A stretch of DNA of 64,000 nucleotides from Sphingobacteriales bacterium (GCA_021298155.1 JAJTEN010000026.1:4297-68296); one strand, 5' to 3'. Positions 51,057 through 62,176 are shown, counted from the first letter of the stretch. Translations and numbers: made by a program. Notes: a model not told the origin generated them from the sequence alone.

Positions 51057-52281
51057 ATCTTAATGCCTCAATTGGATCTAATTTACTGGCTTTGATTGCC
51101 GGATAAATGCCACTTGCTAAACCAACAATAAAACAAAGCGCTAGGCCGCTAAACATCCATAGCCAAGGAATAATAAAACCCACGCCTACCAGAGAGGTAA
51201 CAATATTACCTATTATAATTCCAAAAATGATTCCACCAATGCCTCCTAATTGACAAATTACGATGGCTTCAAATAAAAATTGTCTTCTAATAACTTGTTG
51301 TGTGGCGCCAATTGCTTTTCGTATACCAATTTCTCTGGTTCTTTCAGAAACAGAGACAAGCATTATATTCATTAAACCTATTGCTGCTCCTAGTAGAGTA
51401 ATAAACCCAATTACAGTTGCAGCAGCCGTAACATAAGCCAAGTTACTGATAAGTTCTTTAGCTATATTATCAGATTTATACACATTAAAGTTTAAGTCGG
51501 ATTGCAATGGTAATTTCCGAATTCTCTTGAACAAACTGGTAGCCTCATCAACAGCAAAATCTATATTATTTACATCATCTACGGCTACAGTAATTACCGC
51601 GCTCATATTTGGAACTGAAAAGGTTTGATAGGCGTTTTGGATTGGAACAATAACAATTCTATCGCCACCAAAACCCATACTAGATCCTTTCGATTGTAAT
51701 ACCCCAATTACCCTAAATTTAGCGGCTCCGATAAACACACTTTCACCCATAGGATTTTTAGAAGGGAACAGTTTATCTTTTATTTCAGAGCCGAGTATAA
51801 CCATATTAGCAGCCGAACTCAGTTCCTTTTCAGTAAAATTTCTTCCACTCGAAAGCTCATAACCGGCTACCTTTAAATAGTTAAAATCTCCCCCCATTAC
51901 CATTATATTGGGGTCGGTTTTAACGTTATTATATTTTACCGTACTATTAAAGCCTGCGTTTACCGACTTAGAAATAATGGCAGGAAAAGTAAATTCTGCT
52001 TCAAACTTATCTGCATCAGATTTTGAGATAGGCTTGAACCGTTGGGGACCTTTCCCACCGCCTGAAAATCGAATATTTTGCCCACGATTTTTTATCGTAA
52101 AGGTATTGGCACCCATGCTAGAAAAAGAGGTGTTTATACCTGCTTTTATTCCATCAATAGCCGTTAAAATACCCACCAATGCCATTATTCCAATAGAAAT
52201 AATTAATGCCGTTATGGTGGCTCGCAATTTATTTCCTTTGATGGAATTAAAGGCTATTTTCAGATTTTCTAGGAGGGTCAT
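51049..52281 (-). CDS. ABC transporter permease, MacB/FtsX-like (LolE-like)
   Basis: 410 aa. N-terminal TM, large periplasmic MacB_PCD-like domain, and a C-terminal FtsX 3-TM bundle (SERTREIGIRKAIGAT). Confidence 0.8.
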   Translation of the reverse strand: MTLLENLKIAFNSIKGNKLRATITALIISIGIMALVGILTAIDGIKAGINTSFSSMGANTFTIKNRGQNIRFSGGGKGPQRFKPISKSDADKFEAEFTFPAIISKSVNAGFNSTVKYNNVKTDPNIMVMGGDFNYLKVAGYELSSGRNFTEKELSSAANMVILGSEIKDKLFPSKNPMGESVFIGAAKFRVIGVLQSKGSSMGFGGDRIVIVPIQNAYQTFSVPNMSAVITVAVDDVNNIDFAVDEATSLFKRIRKLPLQSDLNFNVYKSDNIAKELISNLAYVTAAATVIGFITLLGAAIGLMNIMLVSVSERTREIGIRKAIGATQQVIRRQFLFEAIVICQLGGIGGIIFGIIIGNIVTSLVGVGFIIPWLWMFSGLALCFIVGLASGIYPAIKASKLDPIEALRFE

Positions 52282-52291
52282 ATTTGATTTA

Positions 52292-52585
52292 TTACCTAAC
52301 TTTTTCTATAAATTTAAAACCTTTTCTTCCGTCAATATCTTGAAAATCTATGATCATACCTGCAAAAAAGAAAATTTGCCCTGCATGATAAATCACATCT
52401 ATGCCATCTATGTTTGCCGTCCGATCCTTCTCTCCTTTTTCATCAAAACCAATCAACAATCCCTTGTCCTGAGCATTCTTCTGGCGTATTCCAACACGCA
52501 AAGCGAAGCCTTCCGGTATTTGTAGCGTTGCCTTATAGTGCGCAATTGCTTCTTTGGCAGCTGGTGTAAATTCTATCATATTCAT
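52292..52585 (-). CDS. HesB/IscA-fold protein lacking the conserved cysteines
   Basis: 97 aa. IscA-like pattern (GFALRVGIRQ...GFKF near the C-terminus) but none of the three Cys that ligate the Fe-S cluster. Confidence 0.5.
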   Translation of the reverse strand: MNMIEFTPAAKEAIAHYKATLQIPEGFALRVGIRQKNAQDKGLLIGFDEKGEKDRTANIDGIDVIYHAGQIFFFAGMIIDFQDIDGRKGFKFIEKVR

Positions 52586-52655
52586 TGGGCTGCAAGTTAA
52601 TCAATAAAATAAAATTGTACATTCCATTTTTGATTCATTAATTTTCGCAAAAAAA

Positions 52656-53705
52656 ATGCTCGATTTTTCGCTCGTAACTCTAAAAACTGTTTCTGTTCAT
52701 CAAACTGGTAATAAAACCAATGGAGAACCTTTGCTTGTATCCAAAGCACCCATTAGTAATGTAGATGAAAACTTAGAAAATATCTTGTTAAAGTATTTTT
52801 TAAAACCTTTTCATCAGCCTACTTATTATCACCTCACCTTTAGTAACGACGACCATGCATTGAACCCAGTATACCATTATGCTGCCCAGTGTTTTGAGAA
52901 TCCAAACAACTTTCATATTCAAAGCATTCATCTGGCCAAACACCTCTATGAAACAGCTTTGCATCAGAATATAAAACCGGGCGATCTATACATTGCTCAA
53001 TTTAATGATGTTCAATATGAAGGTAATCTAGTCGCTTGTATCGGAATATTTAAAGCTGAAACCAAAGATCATTACCTGAAAATGCAAAGAAATGGGGCAA
53101 ATTTTGATGTAAATTCTGAAGCAGGAACCCCAGTAGATAAATTAGATAAAGGCTGTTTGATTTTAAATATTGAACATGAAAAAGGTTTCAAAGTATGCGT
53201 AGTAGATAAATTAAGTAAATCTGCTGAGGCATTATATTGGAGAGATCAATTTTTAAAAATAAAGCCTTGCGCAGATAACTATCATTTTACTGAAAATTTT
53301 TTAACCCTTGCGAAAGAATTTGTGACCAAACAAATAACAGAGGAATATGACGTAAGTAAGGCAGAGCAAATAGATTTATTAAACCGGTCTGTAGGTTATT
53401 TTAAAGACCATGAAAAGTTCGACCAGCAAGAGTTTTCAAAGGAAGTATTTGGAGACCATGAGGGATTAATCACTTCTTTTAAGGATTTTAAAAGTCAAGC
53501 AGAACTTACCTATGAAATGGATTTACAAGATGGATTCGACATTTCCAATCAGGCGGTAAAAAAGCAAGCCAGAATTTTCAAAAGTGTTTTAAAACTGGAT
53601 AAGAATTTTCATATTTACATTCATGGCAATAAGAATTTAATTGAAAAAGGAACCGAGCCAGATGGAAGAAAATTCTACAAAATATATTTCACAGAAGAAA
53701 GTTAA
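52656..53705 (+). CDS. yejK: nucleoid-associated protein, NdpA/YejK family
   Basis: 349 aa. N-terminal LDFSLVTLKTVSVHQTG... typical of the 37-kDa nucleoid-associated protein family. Confidence 0.7.
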   Translation: MLDFSLVTLKTVSVHQTGNKTNGEPLLVSKAPISNVDENLENILLKYFLKPFHQPTYYHLTFSNDDHALNPVYHYAAQCFENPNNFHIQSIHLAKHLYETALHQNIKPGDLYIAQFNDVQYEGNLVACIGIFKAETKDHYLKMQRNGANFDVNSEAGTPVDKLDKGCLILNIEHEKGFKVCVVDKLSKSAEALYWRDQFLKIKPCADNYHFTENFLTLAKEFVTKQITEEYDVSKAEQIDLLNRSVGYFKDHEKFDQQEFSKEVFGDHEGLITSFKDFKSQAELTYEMDLQDGFDISNQAVKKQARIFKSVLKLDKNFHIYIHGNKNLIEKGTEPDGRKFYKIYFTEES

Positions 53706-53710
53706 TTGCA

Positions 53711-54412
53711 TTGAATGCCAGGAATAGAATTATTTACCAGCTTGTTAAACAAGCAAAAATAAGCCATAAAGAAGCCTGGTTGGCCTTAGCAAGTGGACAG
53801 GTAAGTTTGAACGCAAAAATATGCACAGACAATGAGCTAGTAAATGATTACGATAGCTTATATCTGGGCGACACATGCATTATCGACGGAAATCGGTATA
53901 GCTATTTTAAGTTTTACAAACCGGTGGGTATAGAATGTACTTTGCAAAGCAGTATCCCACATGCGCTCTCCAATTTTTTGGGTCCAACCTATTCAAGTTT
54001 ATTTTATTTGGGGCGACTTGATAAAAACTCGGAGGGATTAATTTTATTAAGTAATGATGGCAATATTTATAACAAGGTTATACAGCCAGAAAAACACATT
54101 GAAAAAGTATACAAAGTAGCAGTAGAATTGCCCATCAATACCCATTTTAAAGAACACATGGAAGCAGGTGTTTCCATATTAGGCACAAAAACCCTCCCTT
54201 GTAAAGTAATACTTATTAACCAGAATACCTTTGAAATTACCTTAACCCAAGGCTTAAATAGGCAAATTAGAAGAATGTGTTTTGCCCTTGGTAATTATGT
54301 AGTTTCATTGAAACGAACAGCTATTGGTGAAATAAGCCTGTTAGATTTAAAACCGGGAGAAATAAAACCATTGGATCAATCAGAAATAGCATGGTTAAGA
54401 AATTTGACTTGA
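53711..54412 (+). CDS. pseudouridine synthase, RsuA/RluB family
   Basis: 233 aa. S4-like N-terminus and catalytic GRLDKNSEGLILLSNDG motif. Confidence 0.85.
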   Translation: MNARNRIIYQLVKQAKISHKEAWLALASGQVSLNAKICTDNELVNDYDSLYLGDTCIIDGNRYSYFKFYKPVGIECTLQSSIPHALSNFLGPTYSSLFYLGRLDKNSEGLILLSNDGNIYNKVIQPEKHIEKVYKVAVELPINTHFKEHMEAGVSILGTKTLPCKVILINQNTFEITLTQGLNRQIRRMCFALGNYVVSLKRTAIGEISLLDLKPGEIKPLDQSEIAWLRNLT

Positions 54413-54456
54413 CCTTTGAAAAAAATTAGCTAAGTTTGATTGTAAATACATAACAA

Positions 54457-55011
54457 ATGCTCAAAAAAATATTGCTAATAAGTACAGTGGTTGTCATTAG
54501 CTTACTCGTATTTTTTAATTGGTTCAAAAAAGATACTAAAAAACATAGTCCACCCGCTACAGCAAGCTACAGCAATGGAAATCTAAAAATTGATGTGAAT
54601 TATTGCAGGCCTGCTGCAAAAGGCAGAATAATATTTGGAGACGAGGAAGCTGGAGCGCTTCAACCCTATGGGAAATATTGGCGTATGGGAGCCAATGAAG
54701 CAAGTACTTTTGAAAATAATCAAAGTGTTTGGTTCAATGACAAAGAATTAGCGGCAGGGAAATATGCTATTTATGCCTATCCTGGAGCGGAGAAATGGGT
54801 AATTGCTGTGAACAAAGATTGGGACAGATGGGGTGCGCAGGAACCAGACCTGAGTCAGGAAGTGTTGCGCACTGAACTTGCTGTTAACAATGAGGCGCCA
54901 TTTCAAGAATTATTTGAAATTAGCTTTAGCGAAGCCGATAGCATCGGGAATACACATATGATTTTACATTGGGATAGAGAAATGATAAAAGTTCCTATAT
55001 CTGTAAAATAA
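54457..55011 (+). CDS. DUF2911-like secreted protein
   Basis: 184 aa. Signal anchor, then YGKYWRMGANEASTFE, which resembles DUF2911. Confidence 0.45.
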   Translation: MLKKILLISTVVVISLLVFFNWFKKDTKKHSPPATASYSNGNLKIDVNYCRPAAKGRIIFGDEEAGALQPYGKYWRMGANEASTFENNQSVWFNDKELAAGKYAIYAYPGAEKWVIAVNKDWDRWGAQEPDLSQEVLRTELAVNNEAPFQELFEISFSEADSIGNTHMILHWDREMIKVPISVK

Positions 55012-55021
55012 ACCCAATCTG

Positions 55022-55765
55022 TTAATTCTTAAAAATTCTGAACGAGCCTATACCCCACTTGTGCAAACGATACAATATACTTGTTCTTAATACGCCTAAA
55101 CCATAGATACTGCTGCGTTTAAAGTTGATAGAAGATGCTTCTGGGAAATATTTTGTAGGACAAGTAACTTCTGCTATTTCAAAACCCTTCATAAAAATTT
55201 GAGCCGTAATTTCATTGTCAAATACGAAATCGTCACTACAAGTATCAAAAGGTACACTTTTGAGCACCTCTGCACTAAATGCCCTGTAACCAGTATGGTA
55301 TTCAGAGAGTTTCTGGCCCATTAAAACATTTTGAAACAAAGTTAGCAGTCTGTTAAAGATATACTTATAAACCGGCATTCCCCCTTTTAGCGCACCCATT
55401 CCTAAGATTCTTGAACCAAAAACTACCGGATAAACATCAAAAGCAATGATACTGCTCATGGCCATGAGTAATTTGGGCGTATATTGATAATCTGGATGCA
55501 ACATGATTATGATATCTGCCTGAAGGGCTAAGGCATGTTGGTAGCAGGTTTTTTGGTTGCCACCATAGCCTTTATTTTGTTGGTGTTTAATAATATGTTT
55601 AATACCAATTTTTCTACCCAATTCAGACGTATCGTCTTTACTGGCATCATCCACTAAAATCACATCATCTACAATATCGAATGGAATTTCATTATACGTT
55701 TTTTCTAGGGTTCTTGCAGCATTGTATGCAGGTAAAACCACAACAATTTTCTTTCCGTTAAGCAT
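55022..55765 (-). CDS. glycosyltransferase family 2 (polyprenyl-phosphate glycosyltransferase-like)
   Basis: 247 aa. KIVVVLPAYNAARTLEKT...VILVDDASKDDT, the GT2 DXD region. Confidence 0.7.
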   Translation of the reverse strand: MLNGKKIVVVLPAYNAARTLEKTYNEIPFDIVDDVILVDDASKDDTSELGRKIGIKHIIKHQQNKGYGGNQKTCYQHALALQADIIIMLHPDYQYTPKLLMAMSSIIAFDVYPVVFGSRILGMGALKGGMPVYKYIFNRLLTLFQNVLMGQKLSEYHTGYRAFSAEVLKSVPFDTCSDDFVFDNEITAQIFMKGFEIAEVTCPTKYFPEASSINFKRSSIYGLGVLRTSILYRLHKWGIGSFRIFKN

Positions 55766-55773
55766 GTTTCAAA

Positions 55774-57102
55774 TTAAATAAAAAAAAGTAAGCAAATAAC
55801 AATTAATACAGGCAATAAAATGGGCAGACTGTATTTATATATGTATTGGCCAAATGAAGGCATCTTTACCCCTGCTTGTTCGGCGATTGACTTTACCATA
55901 AAATTCGGACCATTGCCAATATAGGTCATAGCCCCAAAAAACACTGAACCAACAGACAATGCAGCAAGCAGATAAACACTTTCTGATCCAACAAATTGCT
56001 TAACATCTGACATATTATTTAAACTTAAACCCGCATCTGAGAGTATCACTGCAAAAACATTTAGATAGGCAGGTGCATTATCAAGCACACTGCTAAACAA
56101 ACCACTAGACCAATAAACAAGTGTACTAGTAATGGTAAGCTGTCCTTTTTGAGCACTTGCAAAAGCCTCTAACAACTGCAAAGCGGGCATCATGGTTAAA
56201 AAAATGCCAAAAAACAGAAATGCTACCTCCTTAATAGGTTCAAAATCAAAATTATTACTTTTCAATGCCTTCTGATTAGAAAATCGATAACAGAAAAAAG
56301 CAGCACTTAATTGAATGCATTCACGCAAAAAGGAAATCTTCTTTCCGTGGTAAAGGATATGCGGAAGTTCCATAATATTTGGATCGAGAAAAACAGAGGC
56401 AACACCTATAAGTAACCAAACTACATTACGTTTACCCGTAATAATGATAGAATTTGAATAGTGTGCGCTAACATCTACCTCATCTAAATCCTTGTTATTC
56501 TTTTCAAAAAAATAGAATATGGTGAGCAGTAAAGCCATGGCAACAATCCATGGTAAACTTAGGTTTAATAAAGTCCAGAAAAACGGAACACCCTTCAGAA
56601 ACCCCATAAACAAGGGAGGATCTCCAATTGGTGTAAGTGAACCGCCCACATTAGAAACCATAAAAATAAAGAAAATAATGTGATATGGCTTTAAACGATA
56701 TCGATTAATACGCATAAAAGGCCTAATAAATAAAACAGATGCGCCTGTAGTACCTATAATATTGGTTAGTAGAGCAGCCGCTAATAAAAACAAAATATTT
56801 ACCGAGGCCTTAGATTCCATATCTATAAACAAGTAAATGCCTCCGCTTGCAATATATAAAATGCAAAGTAAACTGATAAATGAGATGTATTCTGCAACTG
56901 CCTCAACAGGTAAAACCAAATTATTGAGTTTTACTGCATAAAACACGCCCACCAAAAGGCCCAAAACCACGCTAATGGTTTTATAGTGATGATGCCAAAA
57001 TTTTGAAAAAAGTACTGGTCCACTTGCAATTAACAAGAGTAATGAAACAAAAGGTAATACCACCCAAGCAGGTGGAGTTTGGAGAAGCACGCTTAAAATC
57101 AT
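55774..57102 (-). CDS. ArsB/NhaD-superfamily ion transporter (CitMHS/NhaD-like)
   Basis: 442 aa with ~11-12 TM helices. Internal-repeat architecture typical of the ion-transporter superfamily. Confidence 0.55.
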   Translation of the reverse strand: MILSVLLQTPPAWVVLPFVSLLLLIASGPVLFSKFWHHHYKTISVVLGLLVGVFYAVKLNNLVLPVEAVAEYISFISLLCILYIASGGIYLFIDMESKASVNILFLLAAALLTNIIGTTGASVLFIRPFMRINRYRLKPYHIIFFIFMVSNVGGSLTPIGDPPLFMGFLKGVPFFWTLLNLSLPWIVAMALLLTIFYFFEKNNKDLDEVDVSAHYSNSIIITGKRNVVWLLIGVASVFLDPNIMELPHILYHGKKISFLRECIQLSAAFFCYRFSNQKALKSNNFDFEPIKEVAFLFFGIFLTMMPALQLLEAFASAQKGQLTITSTLVYWSSGLFSSVLDNAPAYLNVFAVILSDAGLSLNNMSDVKQFVGSESVYLLAALSVGSVFFGAMTYIGNGPNFMVKSIAEQAGVKMPSFGQYIYKYSLPILLPVLIVICLLFFI

Positions 57103-57186
57103 TCAACAAAAATAAGGAAACTGAGTCTTTTCCTATGGGAAAAATTAATAGTTAAAGAAAAGCTAAAATTATCTATTTTCGCGGCA

Positions 57187-58974
57187 ATGGACCAAATAAG
57201 AAATTTTTGCATCATCGCACATATCGACCATGGTAAAAGCACCTTGGCAGATAGATTGTTAGAATACACCAATACCACCTCTAAGAGAGAAATGCAAGCG
57301 CAATTGCTAGACGATATGGATTTAGAGCGCGAGCGAGGTATTACCATTAAGAGTCATGCCATTCAGATGAATTATGAATTGGATGGAAAAAAATATATCC
57401 TGAATTTAATTGACACGCCTGGGCACGTTGATTTTAGTTATGAAGTATCACGTTCTATTGCAGCTTGTGATGGCGCATTACTAATTGTTGATTCGAGTCA
57501 GGGAATTCAAGCACAAACCATTTCAAATCTATATTTGGCTATTGATCAAGGATTAGAGATTATACCTATTCTAAATAAAATCGATTTACCGCACTCTATG
57601 CCTGAAGACGTTAGCGATCAAATTATCGACTTAATTGGTTGTGATTACGAAGATATATTGAGGGCTAGCGGAAAAACGGGAGCTGGTGTTCACGATATTT
57701 TAAAGGCCATCGTGCATCGCGTTCCGCCACCAAAAGGAAATCCAGAGGCACCTCTAAAAGCCTTAATTTTTGATTCTGTGTTTAACTCATTTAGAGGAAT
57801 TATTGCCTATTTTAGGGTAATAGATGGATCAATTAAAAAAGGCGATAAAGTTAAATTTATGTCGAACAACAGCGAATATATTGCTGAGGAGGTTGGTGTA
57901 TTAAAATTACAACCTGAACCAAGGGCGCAAGTTTTTGCTGGGGATGTAGGCTATATTATTTCGGGGATAAAAGAAGCTAGAGAGGTAAAAGTGGGTGATA
58001 CAATTACCCATATTGATAGGCCTACCGCAGAATCTATCAAAGGATTTGAGGAAGTTAAACCAATGGTATTTGCCGGTATTTATCCTGTAGATACAGAAGA
58101 TTTTGAAGAGTTAAGAGAAAGCATGTACAAGTTACAATTAAATGACGCGTCATTAACTTTTGAACCAGAATCTTCGGCAGCTTTAGGATTTGGTTTCCGT
58201 TGTGGGTTTCTTGGAATGTTGCATATGGAAATTATTCAGGAAAGACTGGAACGTGAGTTTAAAATGACGGTAATTACTACTGTACCAAATGTTAGTTACC
58301 ATTGTTATGATAAGAAGGGTAATATGCACATTGTGAATAACCCTAGTGACTTACCTGAAGCCAACCATATAGAGCATGTTGAAGAACCTTTTATTAAGGC
58401 TCAAATTATTACCACAACAGATTATGTAGGTCCGATCATGGGTTTGTGTTTAGGTAAAAGAGGTATTTTAAAAGAACAAAAATACCTCACAACAGACCGC
58501 GTAGAAATGGTTTTTGACATGCCATTAGCCGAAGTAGTATTTGATTTTTTCGATAAGTTAAAAACCATTTCTAGAGGTTATGCTTCATTTGATTATCATC
58601 CGATTGGCTATGTAGAATCTGATTTAGTTAAATTAGATATTTTATTAAATAAAGACAATGTTGATGCCTTATCAGCCATTATTCATAGAGACAGAGCCTA
58701 TGATTTTGGAAAACGAATTTGTGAAAAATTAAAAGACCTCATACCAAGACATCAATTTGAAATTCCTGTACAAGCCAGTATTGGTGCAAAGGTAATTGCC
58801 AGAGAAACCATAAAGGCGCTCAGAAAAGATGTAACAGCTAAGTGTTATGGTGGTGATATTTCCAGAAAACGTAAATTATTGGAAAAGCAGAAAGAAGGTA
58901 AAAAACGAATGAGGCAAGTAGGTTCAGTTGAAATACCTCAATCTGCATTTATGGCCGTTTTAAAACTAGATTAG
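57187..58974 (+). CDS. lepA: elongation factor 4
   Basis: 595 aa. [23 protein letters not shown]1 motif, DTPGHVDF G3, and the LepA-specific C-terminal domain. Confidence 0.95.
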   Translation: MDQIRNFCIIAHIDHGKSTLADRLLEYTNTTSKREMQAQLLDDMDLERERGITIKSHAIQMNYELDGKKYILNLIDTPGHVDFSYEVSRSIAACDGALLIVDSSQGIQAQTISNLYLAIDQGLEIIPILNKIDLPHSMPEDVSDQIIDLIGCDYEDILRASGKTGAGVHDILKAIVHRVPPPKGNPEAPLKALIFDSVFNSFRGIIAYFRVIDGSIKKGDKVKFMSNNSEYIAEEVGVLKLQPEPRAQVFAGDVGYIISGIKEAREVKVGDTITHIDRPTAESIKGFEEVKPMVFAGIYPVDTEDFEELRESMYKLQLNDASLTFEPESSAALGFGFRCGFLGMLHMEIIQERLEREFKMTVITTVPNVSYHCYDKKGNMHIVNNPSDLPEANHIEHVEEPFIKAQIITTTDYVGPIMGLCLGKRGILKEQKYLTTDRVEMVFDMPLAEVVFDFFDKLKTISRGYASFDYHPIGYVESDLVKLDILLNKDNVDALSAIIHRDRAYDFGKRICEKLKDLIPRHQFEIPVQASIGAKVIARETIKALRKDVTAKCYGGDISRKRKLLEKQKEGKKRMRQVGSVEIPQSAFMAVLKLD

Positions 58975-59018
58975 GCAATAGTCATTCAAACTCAAACAGC
59001 GCTTTAAAACAATCTACA

Positions 59019-59882
59019 ATGGAATTACTAAACGGAAATGAAGTCTCCAATTTAATCAGAGCATCCATTAAAGAGGAAGTGCTTAAACGAAAGGCTGAAG
59101 GGAAAAAAACGCCTCATTTGGCGGCCATTTTGGTTGGTGCAGATGGAGCGAGTATGACCTATGTAGCCGCTAAAGAAAAAGATTGTATAGAAGTTGGATT
59201 TGATTCTACAGTTTTACGTTTTGACGCGAGTATAAGCGAAGAAGCACTCATAGCTGAAGTTGAAAAGATAAATCAAGATAAAAACATCGATGGTTTAATT
59301 GTTCAATTGCCTTTACCCAAACACATCAATGAAAAAAGAATTACTGAGGCAATTAGTTACAAGAAAGATGTAGATGGGTTCCATCCAATGAATGTAGGTA
59401 TGATGTTTAAAGGCCTAAAAACTTTTTTACCGGCTACACCTTTTGGGATTTTAAAACTGATTGAACATTACCAAATAGAAACAAGTGGCAAAAACTGCGT
59501 AATTATTGGTCGTAGCGACATAGTTGGTAAACCCATGAGCGCACTTATGTTGCAAAAAAATTGCACAGTTACCGTATGCCACAGTAAAACAAAAAACCTA
59601 AGTGATTTTACGAGGCAAGCAGATATCATTATTGCCGCTATTGGTGTCCCATTATTTTTAAAAGCAGATATGGTAAAAGAAGGCGCAGTAGTGATAGATG
59701 TAGGAATAACCCGCGTAGACAATCCAACGAATAAAAAAGGCTATTCATTAAAAGGTGATGTAGATTTTGAGGCACTTGCAAGCAAGTGCAGTTTTATCAC
59801 TCCTGTACCCGGAGGCGTGGGGCCAATGACCCGCGTTGGCTTGCTGCTAAACACCCTTGACGCAGCAGATTTACCCAAATAA
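59019..59882 (+). CDS. folD: bifunctional methylenetetrahydrofolate dehydrogenase/cyclohydrolase
   Basis: 287 aa. GRSDIVGKPM and PGGVGPMT motifs. Confidence 0.9.
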   Translation: MELLNGNEVSNLIRASIKEEVLKRKAEGKKTPHLAAILVGADGASMTYVAAKEKDCIEVGFDSTVLRFDASISEEALIAEVEKINQDKNIDGLIVQLPLPKHINEKRITEAISYKKDVDGFHPMNVGMMFKGLKTFLPATPFGILKLIEHYQIETSGKNCVIIGRSDIVGKPMSALMLQKNCTVTVCHSKTKNLSDFTRQADIIIAAIGVPLFLKADMVKEGAVVIDVGITRVDNPTNKKGYSLKGDVDFEALASKCSFITPVPGGVGPMTRVGLLLNTLDAADLPK

Positions 59883-60011
59883 CCCATTCTTAGCTCAGTT
59901 TAACGAATTTTTAAAGAAAATTTGAATCATTAAATAATCAACCAAATATCAACACGGTTTTTATTGATTCTAAAATTTCTCACTTTTACACCCAAGCAAT
60001 TTAATTTTGTT

Positions 60012-61385
60012 ATGGCACGAATACTCATTATAGACGACGAAAAATCTATCAGAAATACCCTAAGAGAAATTTTAGAATATGAAAGTTACCAGGTAGATGA
60101 AGCAGCAAACGGCGAAGAAGGTTTACAGAAAATAGAAAACGAAGAATACGATGCTGTCTTGTGCGACATAAAAATGCCAAAAATGGATGGTATGACTGTG
60201 CTAAGCAAAGCAAAAGAAATAGATGAAGACCTACCTTTTGTGATGATATCTGGCCATGGTAACGTGGAAATGGCGGTTGAGGCAACTAAAAAAGGAGCAT
60301 TCGATTTTATTGTAAAACCACCAGATTTAAATAAACTACTTATTACGCTCAGAAATACCATTGATAGAAAAGAGTTAGTAATAGAAACGAAAGTACTCCG
60401 CAGAAAAGCTTCAAAAACAAGAGATATTATTGGAGAATCTCCTGCTATCACAAACATTTTGGATACCATAGACAAGGTAGCCCCTACGGATGCGCGCATT
60501 TTAATTACCGGAGAAAATGGCACCGGAAAAGAACTGGTAGCCCGTTGGATTTATGAAAAAAGCTTACGGGTTAAGAATCCACTCATTGAGGTAAATTGTG
60601 CAGCAATTCCTGCAGAGTTGATTGAAAGCGAACTATTTGGTCATGAAAAAGGCGCATTTACCTCTGCCATAAAACAGCGAATTGGAAAATTTGAGCAAGC
60701 CCATCAAGGTACTATTTTCTTGGATGAAATTGGAGATATGAGTTTATCTGCCCAAGCCAAAGTATTAAGAGCTTTACAAGAAAACAAAATCACCCGGGTT
60801 GGAGGAGAAAAAGACATTGAGGTAGACGTTCGGGTAATTGCGGCTACCAATAAAAATCTATTAAAAGAAATTGAAAAAGGTAATTTTAGGCTAGACTTAT
60901 ACCACAGATTAAGTGTAATTTTAATTCACGTACCTAGTTTGAACGAAAGGCGCGACGATATTCCATTATTGGCAGAGAAATTCATCAAAGAAGTATGTGA
61001 AGATAGCGGAATACCCAAGAAAAACTTTATGCCACAAGCACTAGATGAATTGAAAAAACTTAATTTTTCTGGTAATATTAGGGAACTGAGAAACATCGTT
61101 GAACGCCTTGTTATATTAGGAAACCAAAGAATTACTTTGGAAGATATACAAAAATTTGCGAGTCCGATTAACGCCCGAGATGAAGAGAAATCAATCTATG
61201 AAAGATTTAGCACCTTACAAGATTTTAAAGAATATGTAGAGCGCATTTTTATCGAGGAAAAACTAAAGAAAAATGGCTGGAACGTGGCAAAAACGGCTGC
61301 TGAAATAGATATTCAACGAAGTCACCTGTATAATAAAATTGAAAAGTACAGCCTCAAAAGAAATGAGGGTCACGATCACAATTAA
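60012..61385 (+). CDS. sigma-54-dependent Fis-family response regulator (NtrC-like)
   Basis: Start at MARILIIDDE. The ORF from 59964 adds 16 non-conserved residues. Receiver domain (D...DIKMPKMDG), AAA+ sigma-54 interaction domain (GENGTGKELVARWIYEKS, GAFTSA), and a C-terminal Fis-type HTH. Confidence 0.85.
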   Translation: MARILIIDDEKSIRNTLREILEYESYQVDEAANGEEGLQKIENEEYDAVLCDIKMPKMDGMTVLSKAKEIDEDLPFVMISGHGNVEMAVEATKKGAFDFIVKPPDLNKLLITLRNTIDRKELVIETKVLRRKASKTRDIIGESPAITNILDTIDKVAPTDARILITGENGTGKELVARWIYEKSLRVKNPLIEVNCAAIPAELIESELFGHEKGAFTSAIKQRIGKFEQAHQGTIFLDEIGDMSLSAQAKVLRALQENKITRVGGEKDIEVDVRVIAATNKNLLKEIEKGNFRLDLYHRLSVILIHVPSLNERRDDIPLLAEKFIKEVCEDSGIPKKNFMPQALDELKKLNFSGNIRELRNIVERLVILGNQRITLEDIQKFASPINARDEEKSIYERFSTLQDFKEYVERIFIEEKLKKNGWNVAKTAAEIDIQRSHLYNKIEKYSLKRNEGHDHN

Positions 61386-62170
61386 TCTATCTCTTCAAAA
61401 TTGATAATTACCTTTGAACCGGGCTTAAGTCCAAGTAATTGCGCACCTTTACCCCGGTTCATCGCAATAATTAAGTAATTGTTTTCATTAAATATCAATA
61501 AATCATCTCCCGGTTCAGCCTCACTAAAATGATTGCTAACCCTATCTATATAGTGTTTGCTCCAATAATATAAACGAAAAGCCCTACCCTTTCCAGAAGC
61601 TTCAAATACTGATTTATGGATATTGGTTATGGCATTCTGATAGGCATCAACATACATAACTGCACCTCCTAGTGAATTACCATCAAAAACGGCGTTCATA
61701 CTTTGCAATTCTTTCCCAATGCTTGATTCCGTTGCAAATGAACGAACACTCTGCTCAGAAAAATACTTGGCTATCAGGGGAAGAAAAATATTTTTTTCTG
61801 GAAACAAATCAGTAACATCAAGGTGTTTTTGATTGATTTCATACACTTCTTGCAATGGTTCATCGAAGAGCAGAGAAAAAATCCCATTGTCGGCAGCAAT
61901 AAAATGGTGTTTATTTTGCGTAACCCATAACATGCGTTTATGCATACTTAAACTGGTATCTACACCAATCAAATGGCATGTTCCTGCTGGGAAATTGTGA
62001 TAAACAGATTTTAGTAAAAAAGCGGTTTGAACCAAATCAAATGGATTTATTTGATGCGTTATTTCAACAATCCGTGTATTGGGTAATATGCTCAATCCTT
62101 TTCCAATGAGTGCTGCCCCGTATGGGCTACCCAAACCATAATCGGAAATAATTGTGATAACAGAGTTCAA
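61382..62170 (-). CDS. SAM hydroxide adenosyltransferase family protein (DUF62; fluorinase/chlorinase-like fold)
   Basis: 262 aa. N-terminus ITIISDYGLGSPYGAALIGKG...IVEITHQI matches the DUF62 signature. Confidence 0.65.
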   Translation of the reverse strand: MNSVITIISDYGLGSPYGAALIGKGLSILPNTRIVEITHQINPFDLVQTAFLLKSVYHNFPAGTCHLIGVDTSLSMHKRMLWVTQNKHHFIAADNGIFSLLFDEPLQEVYEINQKHLDVTDLFPEKNIFLPLIAKYFSEQSVRSFATESSIGKELQSMNAVFDGNSLGGAVMYVDAYQNAITNIHKSVFEASGKGRAFRLYYWSKHYIDRVSNHFSEAEPGDDLLIFNENNYLIIAMNRGKGAQLLGLKPGSKVIINFEEID

Positions 62171-62176
62171 AATCTT

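Noticed and set aside
51908-52525. 205-aa plus-strand ORF
   Set aside because: It is antisense to the MacB-like permease and HesB-like genes. The sense-strand genes carry clear conserved motifs.
60049-60523. Two overlapping minus-strand ORFs (78 and 145 aa)
   Set aside because: Both are antisense to the well-conserved sigma-54 response regulator gene. They are low-complexity with no motifs.
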